A stretch of 64,000 nt of DNA, taken from assembly GCF_006345805.1 (NCBI RefSeq), contig NC_043017.1, forward strand, positions 10,974,001 through 11,038,000, given 5' to 3'. Below, one piece after another: positions 1 through 12,341 of this stretch. Origin of the DNA: Octopus sinensis. Taxonomy: Eukaryota. The notes beneath the pieces were generated by a model, which worked only from the letters and a program-made list of their open reading frames with translations, was not told the DNA's origin and ran no database searches. The position numbers and the translations under genes are program-made. How positions within the stretch are numbered: the first letter of the stretch is position 1; the number at the start of each line of letters is the position of its first letter.

Positions 1-890
1 ATTTTATATAGCGTAAACATTCAAACATCGTCATAGTCTTATATCAAATCTTGCTACATTACACGAGGAGTTTTGGGTCCTCTAAGGTCGACCAACTTTT
101 TTTTTTCTCTCTGTAAATATTCAGCTAAAAATCTCGAGTTGTATGTCTGAAAATTCGGTGTATATTCTTTAAAAACACGTCGTAGCATCTTAATAGAAAA
201 AAATGGAATAGCACATTTGGATGCACAAGAAGCACAATACTTTTAATTAAAGGTGTTTTCGGCTAGAGCTGAGGTAGGGTTAAAATAACAGGTTTTTTTT
301 TTGCTGTATCAATGAGAGGGCCTTAATTTTGTCGTCCAACTAAAAATATCAGCCAAAATCTCAATCCTGACAGAACACGGAGTTATCTCCCTTGTGGAAT
401 ACATGCATATACACACACACACATCTCAGCCATGTAGTCGTGTTGCAACACCGTAAGTGAAACTGTTCTATACTATCCTCCAGCATAACTGGTGGCTCTG
501 TAGATAACAGAATTTAATGGTTCGGTTTTCTTGACCCCTGACTTGAGGGCAATATTTTATGTCCATTATATATGAAGACTGTTAACTTTTTTGTCTCACG
601 CCAATCTGACAAAATATCACGCAAGTTTTATGAATTATCTTCCCTTGGTTAATCAAATGTTATCTCCCTTTGCTGTCACTACTGAAAATATAAAACTGCC
701 TTGTCGAGAGCTTTATCTACATTCCATATACTAGCAATTATAGATAACCCCAGATATCAGTTTATCTTTCGTTAGTGTCTCTGTGATGCCTTACTTTATC
801 CCTCACTACACATAACTGCCAATAATATCACCAGATCAGGAGACAGCATTGAGACAACAATCCCCTATCCAGGGAGAGTTTTATCTCCCA

Positions 891-1471
891 ATGACTAGAG
901 ACCTAGACCTTTGGAAGTATGCTGTGCATGAGAAGACCCGACAGGACAAGTGAGACCATCACCCATGGCCTCAGTCCACTTATGCACACCTTTCCTTCTT
1001 GAGACACAAAACTCTACTTGTGAAGACCAGTTGAGGCAAGTGAAAATCAAAATCGATCAACATCAATGAAAATTGTAGCTGTGATAGCAGTGCCAGTGGC
1101 ACATAAGAGAACCATCCGAACGTGGCCGTTGCCAGTGCCGCCCCGACTGGCCTCCATGCCGGTGTCATGTAAAAAGCACCATCCGATCGTGGCCGTTTGC
1201 CAGCCTCGCCTGGCCTCCGTACCGGTGTCACGTAAAAAGCACCATCCGATCGTGGCCGTTTGCCAGCCTCGTCTGGCTCCTGTGCCGGTGGCACGTAAAA
1301 AGCACCCACTACACTCACGGAGTGGTTGGCATTAGGAAGGGCATCCAGCTGTAGAAACATTGCCAGATCAGACTGGGCCTGGTGCAGCCTTCGGGCTTCA
1401 CAGACCCCAGTTCAACCGTCCAACCCATGCCAGCATGGAAAGCGGACGCTAAACGATGATGATGATGATGA
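891..1471 (+). mobile_element. 5'-truncated RTE-clade LINE: ORF C-terminus, 3'UTR and (GAT)n tail
   Basis: MTRDLDLWKYAVHEKTRQDK* at 891-953 resembles an RTE ORF end (DRxxWR). Internal ~58-bp tandem repeats, an AGGAAGGGCATCCAG motif and a GATGATGATG tail follow. About 20 related fragments occur in the window. Confidence 0.75.
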
Positions 1472-1796
1472 TTCTGCATTAATACACTTTAGGTAGGAAT
1501 AAGTACTACCAGATCATCTGGGGAATATGTCTTATGGTAGCCTAAGGTCACTTCCAGGAGGAAATTTTTCTCTCATCACAGTGTCTCTGTAACAATACAC
1601 TATATACAACATAACTTCATTTCATCCTAGTTGCTCATTGTAGCAATAAGTACAACTGGATCATGCAGAGAATGCTGCCTGTGATAGACTAGTGCCCTAT
1701 CCAGGAGCACATTTATTTCTTCTCACTTATTTACTCTGCACTCCTCTTCCTTTTCATACTAATATTTATTTTCTCTCTCTCTCTCTCTCTCAACAG

Positions 1797-1910
1797 GACA
1801 AAGAATTAGAGCTTGAGACTCTAGAGAATATCCTTGGGTCTGGAACACCGCATCAGCTGCAAGAATACAAAGAGTTATATGGTTCAACACAATCTCTCGG
1901 CAGACTCTAA
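1797..1910 (+). CDS. Probable terminal coding exon of an unidentified gene (DKELELETLENILGSGTPHQLQEYKELYGSTQSLGRL*)
   Basis: Long (TC)n pyrimidine tract plus caacag acceptor at 1795-1796. Only one frame is open after it, with protein-like composition and a TAA stop. UTR-like sequence follows. Confidence 0.55.
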   Translation, partial: DKELELETLENILGSGTPHQLQEYKELYGSTQSLGRL

Positions 1911-2449
1911 GTAAATTTCTTTACTAAGGAGACATTCTTCAACTGCTCTCTCTCCTCTTGGTTGCAGGGAGGGTGGGGGAGCAGGGTGGTGTGTACGCTG
2001 CCTCGCTTTAACATCAACATTTGCATCACCAACCAAGCACGACTTGGGACAGAAAAGCAATGGTGTGTGGTGGCTTGTAACGGTTGAGTGGAGAGAAAGG
2101 AGAATGAAAAAGAAAGAGAAAAAAAAGATTGAAAGAGAGAGAACGAGACTTGAATGACATTGTGGTCGAGTGCACCACAGCACTAAAGAACTGAAGAATT
2201 ATTTGTTTTCAGTTCTTTTATCAATTGACTTATGCCATGAATGAGATTTTTTTTTAAAAAACCAACACCACAATCACTAAAACCACCACAACCAGCATCA
2301 CAACAGACAACAACGCCATGACCACCACCACTAACAGTAACAAGCCCGACTGTACAATTCATTGATTTTGTTATTGTCATTGGGATGTTTTCTTCTTTTT
2401 CTGATTTGCAGACAATCTTAAGCTGTTTTGTTATTATTATTATCATTAA

Positions 2450-3990
2450 TAAGGCAGCAAGCTGTCACAATTGTTAGCATGCTGGGTGAAATGCTTAGCG
2501 GCATTTTGTCCATCCTTACGTTCTGAGTTCAAGTTCCACCAAGGTTGACTTTACCTTTCATCATTTTGGGGTCGATAAATTAAGTACCAGTTGAGTACTG
2601 GGGTCAGTGTGATTGCCTATCCCCCTCCCCACAAATTCCAGACCTTGTACCTATAGTATAGAAAGGGTTATTTTGCAAGCTGGCAAAAATGTTAGTCTGC
2701 CAAACAAAATGCTTCATGGCATTTCGTCCATCTATGTTCCGAGTTCAAATACTGCCAGGGTCATCTTTGCCTTTCCTCCTTTTGGGGTTAATGAAATAAG
2801 TACCAGTTGATCACTAGGGTCAATATAATTGACTAGACTCCTCCCACCAAATTTCAGGTTATTATTTTTGATCAGTGGTGAGCTGGCAGAATCATTAGCA
2901 AGCTGGAGAAAATACTTAGCAGCACACTTCCTCTGGATCTTTACACTCTGAGTTCAAATTCCACCAAGGCCAATGTTATCTTCCATCTTTTCAAAGTCAA
3001 TAAAATAAAGTACCAGTTAAACACTGGGGTCGATGTAATTCACTTACTGCTCCCCTAAAATTGCTGGCCTTGTACCAAAATTTAAAACCAATATTACTAT
3101 TATTACTATTATTATTATTATTATTAATTTCTTTGATATTTTTCAGCTTGCATGCTGGTAGGCATTGGTGCATTTGTAGTCTGCATATTCATTATCGCAG
3201 ATGCAATTTAGCTACTGTTTATGAAATGTAGCTTTATTTTTGCTACCATTCACTGCTAAATTGTCCCCGCCGCCCTTTTTTTTTTTTACCTTTTAATAAC
3301 CTCACAGCATTTGTGGAATCCTTGTGTTTCCATGGTAACCTTGAGATCATCATGCTTCAGCTTGCTGATAACTTTATCTACCAGGACATGATGCTGGTAA
3401 ATATTATGTAATTGCTCCAGTAAGGGCGACTTCGACATCCTTGTTCAACCAGTATGCTAGAAATAGCAGCCAAGTGTTTCTCAAAACCAAATGGTGTTAG
3501 ACTAAGACCAGAGATGATGAGTTCTAGGTGGATGGGTGGGTTGGGGAAATGAAAAGGAATTAAATGTCCTTGAAATCTTCCTCAAGAGAATTAGTGTTAC
3601 GTGCAATACTTGTGGGGTGGGGCAGAGAGTGTGGGTGCAAGGTGGGGGTGGGGACAGTTTTTTTTTTTTTGTAACTCAAGCTTCACCAACTTCCTCCTTT
3701 GTTTAATCTGTTTTCTTCTTTCACTATTTTTTTGTTTTTGTGACATAAATTTTTATTATTATTATTATTATTATTGGTGAGCTGACCGGATCCTTGGGAC
3801 ACTGGACAAAATGCTCATCAGCAGCATGTCATTCATCTTTACGTTCTGAGTTCAAATTCCACCGAGGTCACCTTTACCTTTCATCCTTTCAGGGTCGATG
3901 AAATAAGTACCAGTTGTGCACTGGGGCTGTCAGTGTAATCAACTCCCACCTCCACTCAAAATTTCAGGCCTTGTACCTTTAGTAGAAAGG

Positions 3991-4032
<42 letters not shown>

Positions 4033-5510
4033 ATTATTATTATTATTATTATTATTATTGAATTCTTTGATATTTTTCAGCTTGCATGCTGGTAGGCATT
4101 GGTGCATTTGTAGTCTGCATATTCATTATTGCAGATGCAATTTAGCTACTGTTTATGAAATGTAGCTTTATTTTTGCTACCGTTCACTGCTAAATTGTCC
4201 CCGCCGCCCTTTTTTTTTTTACCTTTTAATAACCTCACAGCATTTGTGGAATCCTTGTGTTTCCATGGTAACCTTGAGGTCATCATGCTTTAGCTTGCTG
4301 ATAACTTTATCTACCAGGACATGATGCTGGTAAATATTATGTAATTGTTCCAGTAAGGGCGTCTCGACATCCTTGTTCGACCAGTATGCTAGAAATAGCA
4401 GCCATGTGCTTCTCAAAACCAAATGGTGTTAGACTAAGACCAGAGATGATGAGTTCTGGGTGGATGGGTGGGTTGGGGAAATGAAAATGAATTAAATGTC
4501 CTTGAAATCTTTCTCAAGAGAATTAGTGCTATGTGCAATACTTGTGGGGTAGGGCAGAGAGTGGGGGTGGGGGACAGTTTTTTTTTTTGTAACTCAAGCT
4601 TCACCAACTTCCTCCTTTGTTTAATCTGTTTTCTTCTTTCGCTATTTTTTGTTTTTGTGACATAAATTTCTATTATTATTATTAATGGTGAGCTGACCGG
4701 ATCCTTGGGACAAAATGCTCAAGCAGCAGTATGTCATTCATCTTTATGTTCTGAGTTCAAATTCCACCGAGGTCACCTTCACCTTTCATCCTTTCAGGGT
4801 CGATGAAATAAGTACCAGTTGTGCACTGGGGCTGTCAGTGTAATCAACTCCCACCTCCACTCAAAATTTCAGGCCTTGTACCTTTAGTAGAAAGGATTAT
4901 TATTATTATTATTAAGGCTGCGAGCTGGCAGAATGGTTAGCATGCTGGAAAAAATACTTGGCGGAATTTTGTCCATCTTTACATTCAGAGTTCAAATGCT
5001 GCTGAGGTCAACTTTGCTTTCATCCTTTTAGGGGTTGATAAGATGGTATCGGTCAAGCATTGGGGTTGGTGTAATCAGGTAGTCCCCACCCCACCAAATT
5101 TCAGGCTTTGTGCCGAAAGCAGAAGGGCGGATTATGGCATTGAGCTGGCTGAACCTTTATTGGACAGAATGCTTAGCAGCTTTTCTTGCGTTCTGAGTTC
5201 AAACCCCACCAAGGTTGACTTTGCCTTTCATCCTTTCGGGGCTCAATAGAATAGGTACCAGTTGGACACTGGGGTCGATGATATCAATTTGCCCTTCCCC
5301 TCAACATTGTACGTAAATTAGAAGGACTTATCATTATTACTACTTCTGGCCCTTAACATCCTTAGTTCAGATACCGTCATGGTTAAATTTGTTTTTCATC
5401 CTTCTAGGGTTGATAAAAACGCAATACCAGTCAAGTATAGGGGCTGATACTGTCAACTGACCCCAACTTTACTCAAAATTGCTCTCCTGATTCCTAAATT
5501 AGAAACACTG
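2450..5510 (+). mobile_element. Train of about 8 same-orientation tRNA-derived SINEs (family A)
   Basis: Repeated GAGCTGGCAGAA...GAGTTCAAATTCC (A/B boxes)...CCTTTCATCCTTT...GGGTCGATAA...AGTACCAG with (ATT)n tails at about 2450, 2675, 2876, 3776, 4686, 4914, 5135 and 5355. Confidence 0.85.
3126..4897 (+). repeat. Tandem duplication of about 0.85 kb (3126-3993 and 4061-4897)
   Basis: Both copies start TTCTTTGATATTTTTCAGCTTGCATGCTGG and end GTAGAAAGG(ATT)n, with scattered substitutions and indels. Confidence 0.95.
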
Positions 5511-7314
5511 CTGCTGCTGCTACAAGATTTCACCACTCTTCCTCCTCTCTCTAGTACTGACCTTGTATCTTAATTCTGATCTCTGATTTAGGCGCAAGGC
5601 CAATAATGTTGGTGGTGGCAGGTAGGGGTCAATTTGAATTGACTCCCAATACTTCACCTTGCTTTATTTCATTGACAAAAGGGTGAAAAGCAAAGGTGAC
5701 TTTAGGAGGATTTGAACACAAAATACTGCGAAACATTTTGTCTGGCATTCTAACAATTCTGGTTTGAAGCAAAGTTCTTGTTGATCTGAATCCCTAGTTT
5801 CAATTTCGGTCCCTCTTCCCAATTAGAACCATTTAATTTGGCCATTAATGTTGGTGAGAAAGGCATGAATATCGTACATTCCCATATTTAGTCTCCTGCA
5901 AATTGGAGGTGTCATATGTCTGTGAGATATCATTGATTTATGTGATGGCCAAATCAGGGTAGGGCTGAATCGGGGTAGAGAAAGTGAGGGAGAGCTTTCA
6001 ACTAAATTCTTTGTATAACAAACTTTATAAGGTTTGTCTTTTCTTTTGTTTCTAGTTCTGAGTTCTCATTCTGCCACAGACATTTTTGTGCTTCACCCTT
6101 TTCCAAGGGTGGGTGGGGGTTAATCAAATATATACCTGTCATAAACTGGTGTTGGTGGTACTGATTAACCCCGCAACCTCGTCTCAAAATTACTGGCTTT
6201 GTGTCTAATGGAATCTCTTCTGGCTCTCTCTCTGTTCTGAATTCAAATTCTGCCACTGTCAACTTTGCCTTTAAAAAAAAAATATCAGTAAAATACTGGG
6301 GTTTCTGGTCTTCACTAAGGCCCATCCCTGAAGCTGCTCACCCTGTGTTAAGCTTAGTCTTTATTCTAAATCTAAGCACAATGGAGTTGGAATGCTTACA
6401 AACATTTGCATCATTTCTACCAAATAATGTCTTTGATCTGTAAAGTGAGGGTATCCTACCTCACTTCCATCTCCAGTTGCCTGTTAAGATATCTGATCTT
6501 CATAATTAACTTAAGCTCTTTTGTATTCTGCTGTGTATTCATTCAAAGTGGACATCTTTTTCTCCTGCCCTCACTCTACAACCCCTTCCCCCCTCTTCTC
6601 TTAATCTGTTTTTCTTTGGGAAGCTTGTGTATATATATTTAATATAAAATGAGCAATCTTGTTAAAAAACCACAAATGAAAGAAAAACGAAAGAAAACCA
6701 TTTTTTCTGCTGATTTTTAAACTTTAATTGCTGTATGTGTGTGTGTGTGTGTGTGTGTGAGATGGGATTGGAACTAGAATTACCAAGTTATGTGTTGCTT
6801 TGACATAAGAAAGATATGTGACCTTGTGGTTACAGAGTCAGAGGGGTCTTGACCTCATGATCGTGCATTGTATCTTCGAGCAATGTACTTCATTTCACGT
6901 TATTCCAGTCTACTTGGCTGGAAAAAAAAATGTCAGCTAAATGCTAGGGCAGCCATCTGTCTCCCTTCAACTATCACATCCTTCAGGTTTCCTTCGAGGA
7001 CTGATAGGATATCTGTGTCTGCTCACAACTACACAGGCACCTAAAACAGTTTGTGAAAGCGGGATACATGTTACCAAACCACATTCGTTTGTGAGTGATG
7101 GCCAGCTGTAGCTGTGTCTTTTGTTTTTCTTCTGGTGGGAGGAGATGGAGGGCAAATCAGAAGTATTCCCTGCTGTGTTACAAGAGAGAAGAATGCAATG
7201 GGATGGACACGGAGAGAATGGAGGCTGGTTGGTTAATGGCTGGGTGGAAGAGAGTGATGCTGGTAGAAAGTGGAAGACTGAAGATGCAAGCAAAAGTAGG
7301 GAGAACTCGAGATA

Positions 7315-7995
7315 CAGAGTTTAGCATCTTCTGATCCATCAACATCTCACTGTTCAGCATCATTTGATCAAGAGGTTAGTGGGAAACTGATCTCAGGATG
7401 CTGACCTTAACATCTCCTGATCAAGATATCTCATCTTACCATCATGTGATCAGAAAGCTGATTGGTGACAGCAGACCATAGGAGGTTGAACTTATCACCT
7501 CCTGATCCTGATCTCATGGTTCAATGTCTTGTGATCAGGAGCCTTACTGGTGAGAGCTGATTTTGGGATGCTGAAGTTTACTTCTCCTGATCTTGGGATG
7601 CTGAGCTTAACATCTCTTGGTCACTGTGAGTCTATTTCAGAATGCTAAGTTTAGCATCCCCTGATGAAATTCTCACTGCTCAGCCTTGTGTAGTTAAGAG
7701 ACTTGTTGGTGAGAGCTGATTTTGAACTTAGCATCTCATGGTCACAACCTTGCTGCTCAGTGTTGTGTGAAAAAGAAATAATTTAGTGAGAAAACTGACA
7801 TAATGATGCTGAGCTTAGCATCCCTTGACCAAGATCTCACTGCTCACCCTTATGTGATCAGGAGGTTGGTTGGTTGGTGAGCATTGATCTCTGGAATGTT
7901 GAACTTTGAATTTTATGATTGAGATATTACTGTTTAACATCATGTGATTAGGAGACTGGTTGGTGAGATTTGATCTCAGGATGCTGAACTTTGCA
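7315..7995. repeat. Degenerate ~85-bp tandem repeat (about 8 units) with internal palindromes
   Basis: TTAGCATC-like anchors at about 7321, 7407, 7492, 7578, 7651, 7728, 7815, 7905 and 7990. Confidence 0.8.
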
Positions 7996-8364
7996 ATGGA
8001 TATGACACAGTAACATTGATAGGTGGAGACAATGTGTTGAAACTCTCCTATCCATTCCATACCACCATGGGAAAATGGACATAGAAATGTGTGTGTGATG
8101 GTGGTACCATACCAAGATGACGGAATGTGTGTGAGAGGGGGGTGGTACACTGTTATGTATGCGTACAGTTGTGTGAAGTGCCAACTTGTTTCACCAATTT
8201 TTGTTTTGTTTATTTTTTTCTGTTTGGTCTTTGTTGTTTTTTTGGAATAATTATTGTTAAGTTGAGCCTATTACTGCTAAAAATTGCTATTATTTATCCA
8301 GCCATATTATTATTATTATTATTATTATTTTGTCAATTTAGGGCTGCAAGTGATGGAGGGGGGG

Positions 8365-8492
8365 AATAAAATTTTTTTTTTTTTTTTTAAGCCTGAACAT
8401 TCAAACTCCACCCACCCCTTGAAGCCAGCTTGTTAACTATAAATTATGTATATATATCTTCTATAAAATAAAAATGAAAATGGATAATAAAT
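8365..8492 (+). promoter_or_regulatory. Cluster of AATAAA signals, candidate 3' end of the plus-strand gene
   Basis: AATAAA at 8365, 8467 and about 8487, followed by TG/T-rich sequence at 8560-8630. Confidence 0.3.
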
Positions 8493-11233
8493 AATCGAGT
8501 GTCACACACCTGCTTCTAAACTGCTGCATTTCACAAATATATTATAAAACTTGACTGTAATGTTGTTTGTGTGTATGTGTGTGTGTATGTATGTTTACAT
8601 TTTACAAATATAAATGTTTTTTTCAGGGTTTTATTGCAAGATGTAAAATATTCCTTAGAAGAAGAAAAAAATGTGTTTATGTTACTGATTTTTCTAAAAA
8701 ACAAAAAAAAAAAACGCTAATTATTAATTAATTAATTAATTAATTCAGATATTAAATTGTACAAACTCTGTTGCATTTTCTTTCAAAATTTACATGTTTT
8801 GTTAACGATGACCTACAATCAAACTTTGTTGTTTTTTTTCCCTTCTTCCTCTTCCTCCAGTTTTTGCTGTTCTTTCTTCATTCTCTTTCTTCTTCATTCT
8901 TCCACTTCATTCTTCTTCTTCAATTCTTCTTTGTTCTTCAGTTAAAATATGCCTTTTATTCCATTTCATTCTTCATTTTAATCCATCTTCGCTTGTTTTT
9001 TTTTTTTTTGCCCTCCATATAAACAAATATTATAAAATTTTGTTATCACCAGTCTGTTACATATGAAATATGGCCCTTTTTTTTCCTTTCTTTTTTTCTT
9101 CTTTCAAGCCTTTTTCAAGTTGACATCTTGTCCTACGTTTACTTCCCAGACACTTCAGAATTTTCAAAATAACCTAAATAACCCATCCAAACCAAACTGG
9201 GTTCAAATCCTACTGAAATGCTTTTATTCCTTCTGAGGATTAAATGCCACTTTTTATACTGGGGGAAACTTTACACCAACAACTGGACCTCTACATGGTT
9301 GTTTGATCTGCTAGAAATAGCAGGCATATTTCCCTGCCTCTTATCCCACCTCAAAACAGGAAGGACACAGTGTGGTTACATATCTATATATAATATACAT
9401 AATAAAAGGCAGAATGATTAGTGTGGCAGAGAAAATGCTTAGCAGCATTTATTCTCACTCTTTAAATTCTGAGTTCAAATCCTACTGCAGTCAGATATGT
9501 CATTCATCATTTCTAGGTTAAAATACAGTACCAGTCAATTAATGGGGTTAGTGATATCAGCTGCCCCTGTGATTAAGCAAGGACACACACACATAAAAAC
9601 AGAACCGTGGGGTATTTAGAAACTGGAGCTGCATCTGATGGGATGAACATGGATTACATGTAGCATTAGTCATTATTATATTCATGTATGTGAACCACCA
9701 TTTACTGTTGAAACAGTAATTATGGTGAAGGAATAAATGCAATACCATTGCCCCCATTCTTGGACTCTCTCTCTATATATATCTATCTATCTATCTATAT
9801 ATATATTTGTACAATCATATTTTGTCAGTATGCCGTATTATATCCAACCAGTTTTGCACCGTGAATTAAATAGCCAGATCTTAGGTAGCAGCACGGCTAA
9901 GAAAAGATTGACTGAAATGGATCCATGACATTGTGTATTCTTATATACGCTCGTGTATATATATATATATATACACTTATATAGATACATGGGATAACCA
10001 AAGCTACAGTAGAATGCCTTTGATTGCAGGTCCTCTCTCAGTCACCACTTATCTGGACCCTGAACAAAGTATCTTTAGAAACTTGGTGGGTGAACTAAAG
10101 ACAAATAGGTCAACACTTACGCCCCACTTTTTACCAAAAAAAAAAAAAAAACTCCCACAAGTGATTCATATTTTTTTTTGAATGTGGATAATTCAACAAA
10201 ATAATTAATTCTGTGTTCTTTGATGTCTGTGAAAAACTGAAAAATTTCCAAAACAAAAAAGAGCTTGAAAGGGGAAATAACCCATATTTGTATATGTATG
10301 TATGTATATATATATATATATCTATATATATATATATATTTAAAAAAAAGAAAGAAAAGTGATTTTTCATATCTAGCAAGCTGATTGCCATTTTCCATCC
10401 AAATTGTTGGTTATCAAAAAGAAAAAAAAATATAAATAACGATAATGATGATGATAATTTTTAATGCTTCATTCATAAAAAAAAAAACAACTCCATTTTT
10501 TTGTCTTTCTCTATTTGGACATTTGTCTTCTGGCTCTTACATGACTCAGCTGCCACCTCTTTTGGTTCCACAACCATTCTTTGACAAAAAAAACAAAACA
10601 AAGAACAAAAAAAAAAAGAAAGAAACTGAAGATTTGAGGAACTGAAGTTGAAAGCAGAGGGGATGGGAGAGGAGGAGAGTAAAACTTACCCTCCGCTTCT
10701 AGAATAAAATCTCTAACCATCATCAGAAACATTTAAAATCCTCTTCAAACAAAACTTTGAATTTTCAAACCCCACTCCTCTTCTCTTCTTTTTTTTTTTT
10801 TTAAATTCCTATTTAATAAATTTACTTCTAACCTTTTGCTGTTTCGTTGTTATTTCAATCTTAAATGGTTTGGAACCTTTATTTATTGTTTGTGTTGTCA
10901 TTGCTGTTCTTTCTTTCATAAACCCCTCACCCTGATGCTGTTAATTATTCTTATGTGTTTTGTTCTTCATGGAAGAATTTGACAAAGTTTAGAAAGTTTG
11001 GAAAGGAGAATTATTCAAGGCTGAAGAAGAATTTGGACCATTTGCATGATGTAAGTAATAATATCTGATGATTGTTCTCGAATGATTGACTTTTGAATAA
11101 CATATAGGTCAATGTCACCATTCCAAAAAGGAATTATTTTGTGTGTGTGTGTGTGTGTGTGTGCGCGCCTGTGTATAAATGAAAGGAACACAGAAAATGT
11201 AGTCAATAATAATGCTTTATATAATGTCTATGT

Positions 11234-11360
11234 TTCAAGAGTGATACTGGAATGGACATAGTCAATCTGAAAGAAGCGGCCCAGGATAGAACTGACTGGA
11301 GGACACTGATCCAACGAGTGACTGAGAGTCGACTTCGACTGAGCGGATACAGAAAGATGT
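11234..11360 (+). mobile_element. RTE/BovB-like LINE 3' fragment
   Basis: Translates as FKSDTGMDIVNLKEAAQDRTDWRTLIQRVTESRLRLSG, similar to the BovB-type C-terminus (DREAWRAAIHGVAKSRTRLSD). Confidence 0.75.
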
Positions 11361-12109
11361 TTCATAATATTGGCAGACATCAACTACGTGAATATAAACC
11401 ACAGTCACATGAATGAATGTCACTGGTTCCTTTCACTGGCATCACTCAGCAAAAAAATATAAGCCAGAGAAAGACAGAGGCCTTTATATACATGAAGTCT
11501 GCAAATAAGTTGGTCTACTCTAGGAGACTAGAATGAAAAGGGAAGGAAATGAAAGGAAGAGTGAGAGGAAGTCTTTGATGAAGTTGCATGTTGTTATAAC
11601 TTTGATTCCTAATTCAGTGATGGTTTTTGAGAGGATGGTCTGCCTCAGATCTCGCACTGATACGGTTTTTTTCTCTGTGTGAACTCCTTCATGAATAGTA
11701 GTTATTGCAGGATCTTTCAGCTCTGATACAGAAAATCGATGTCAGCAAATTCCATCTAAATTCTTCCAATAATGATTGTAGATATTTTTATGATTTTTTT
11801 TATCTTGGACTGAATGCATTTCATCAGAATCTCTAGTTTCTAACAGAATTGGAAGAAAATACACATTAAGTACTGGACATCACCAACGAATGAAAAATGC
11901 GTAAACACACGAGAGATAAGTAGAGGACAGAATGCTACAAAAAAGGTAACTCCTTGTCTGATGTCGACTATTTTACTACTCCCCATTTTGTGCTTTCAAC
12001 GACAATTCATAATTGAATGCCATGCAGCCTTGTCCACAGTAAGTTCTTACATTTATTAAGAAAATATAATTACATTTACTTAACCAGTTTCACAACTTGA
12101 TGATTTTGA

Positions 12110-12341
12110 AAAATGCACCATCCGATTGTGGATGTTGCCAGCCTCGTCTGGCCCCCGTGCAGGTGGCACGTAAAAAGCACCCACTACACTCATGGAGTGG
12201 TTGGCGTTAGGAAGGGCATCCAGCCGTAGAAACACTCCCAGATCAGACTGGGCCTGGCGCAGCCTTCTGGCTTCCCAGACCCCAGTTGAATCGTCCAACC
12301 CATGCTAATATGGAAAACGGACGTTAAACGATGATGATGAT
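12110..12341 (+). mobile_element. RTE 3'UTR fragment with (GAT)n tail
   Basis: Homologous to 1240-1471. Confidence 0.8.
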
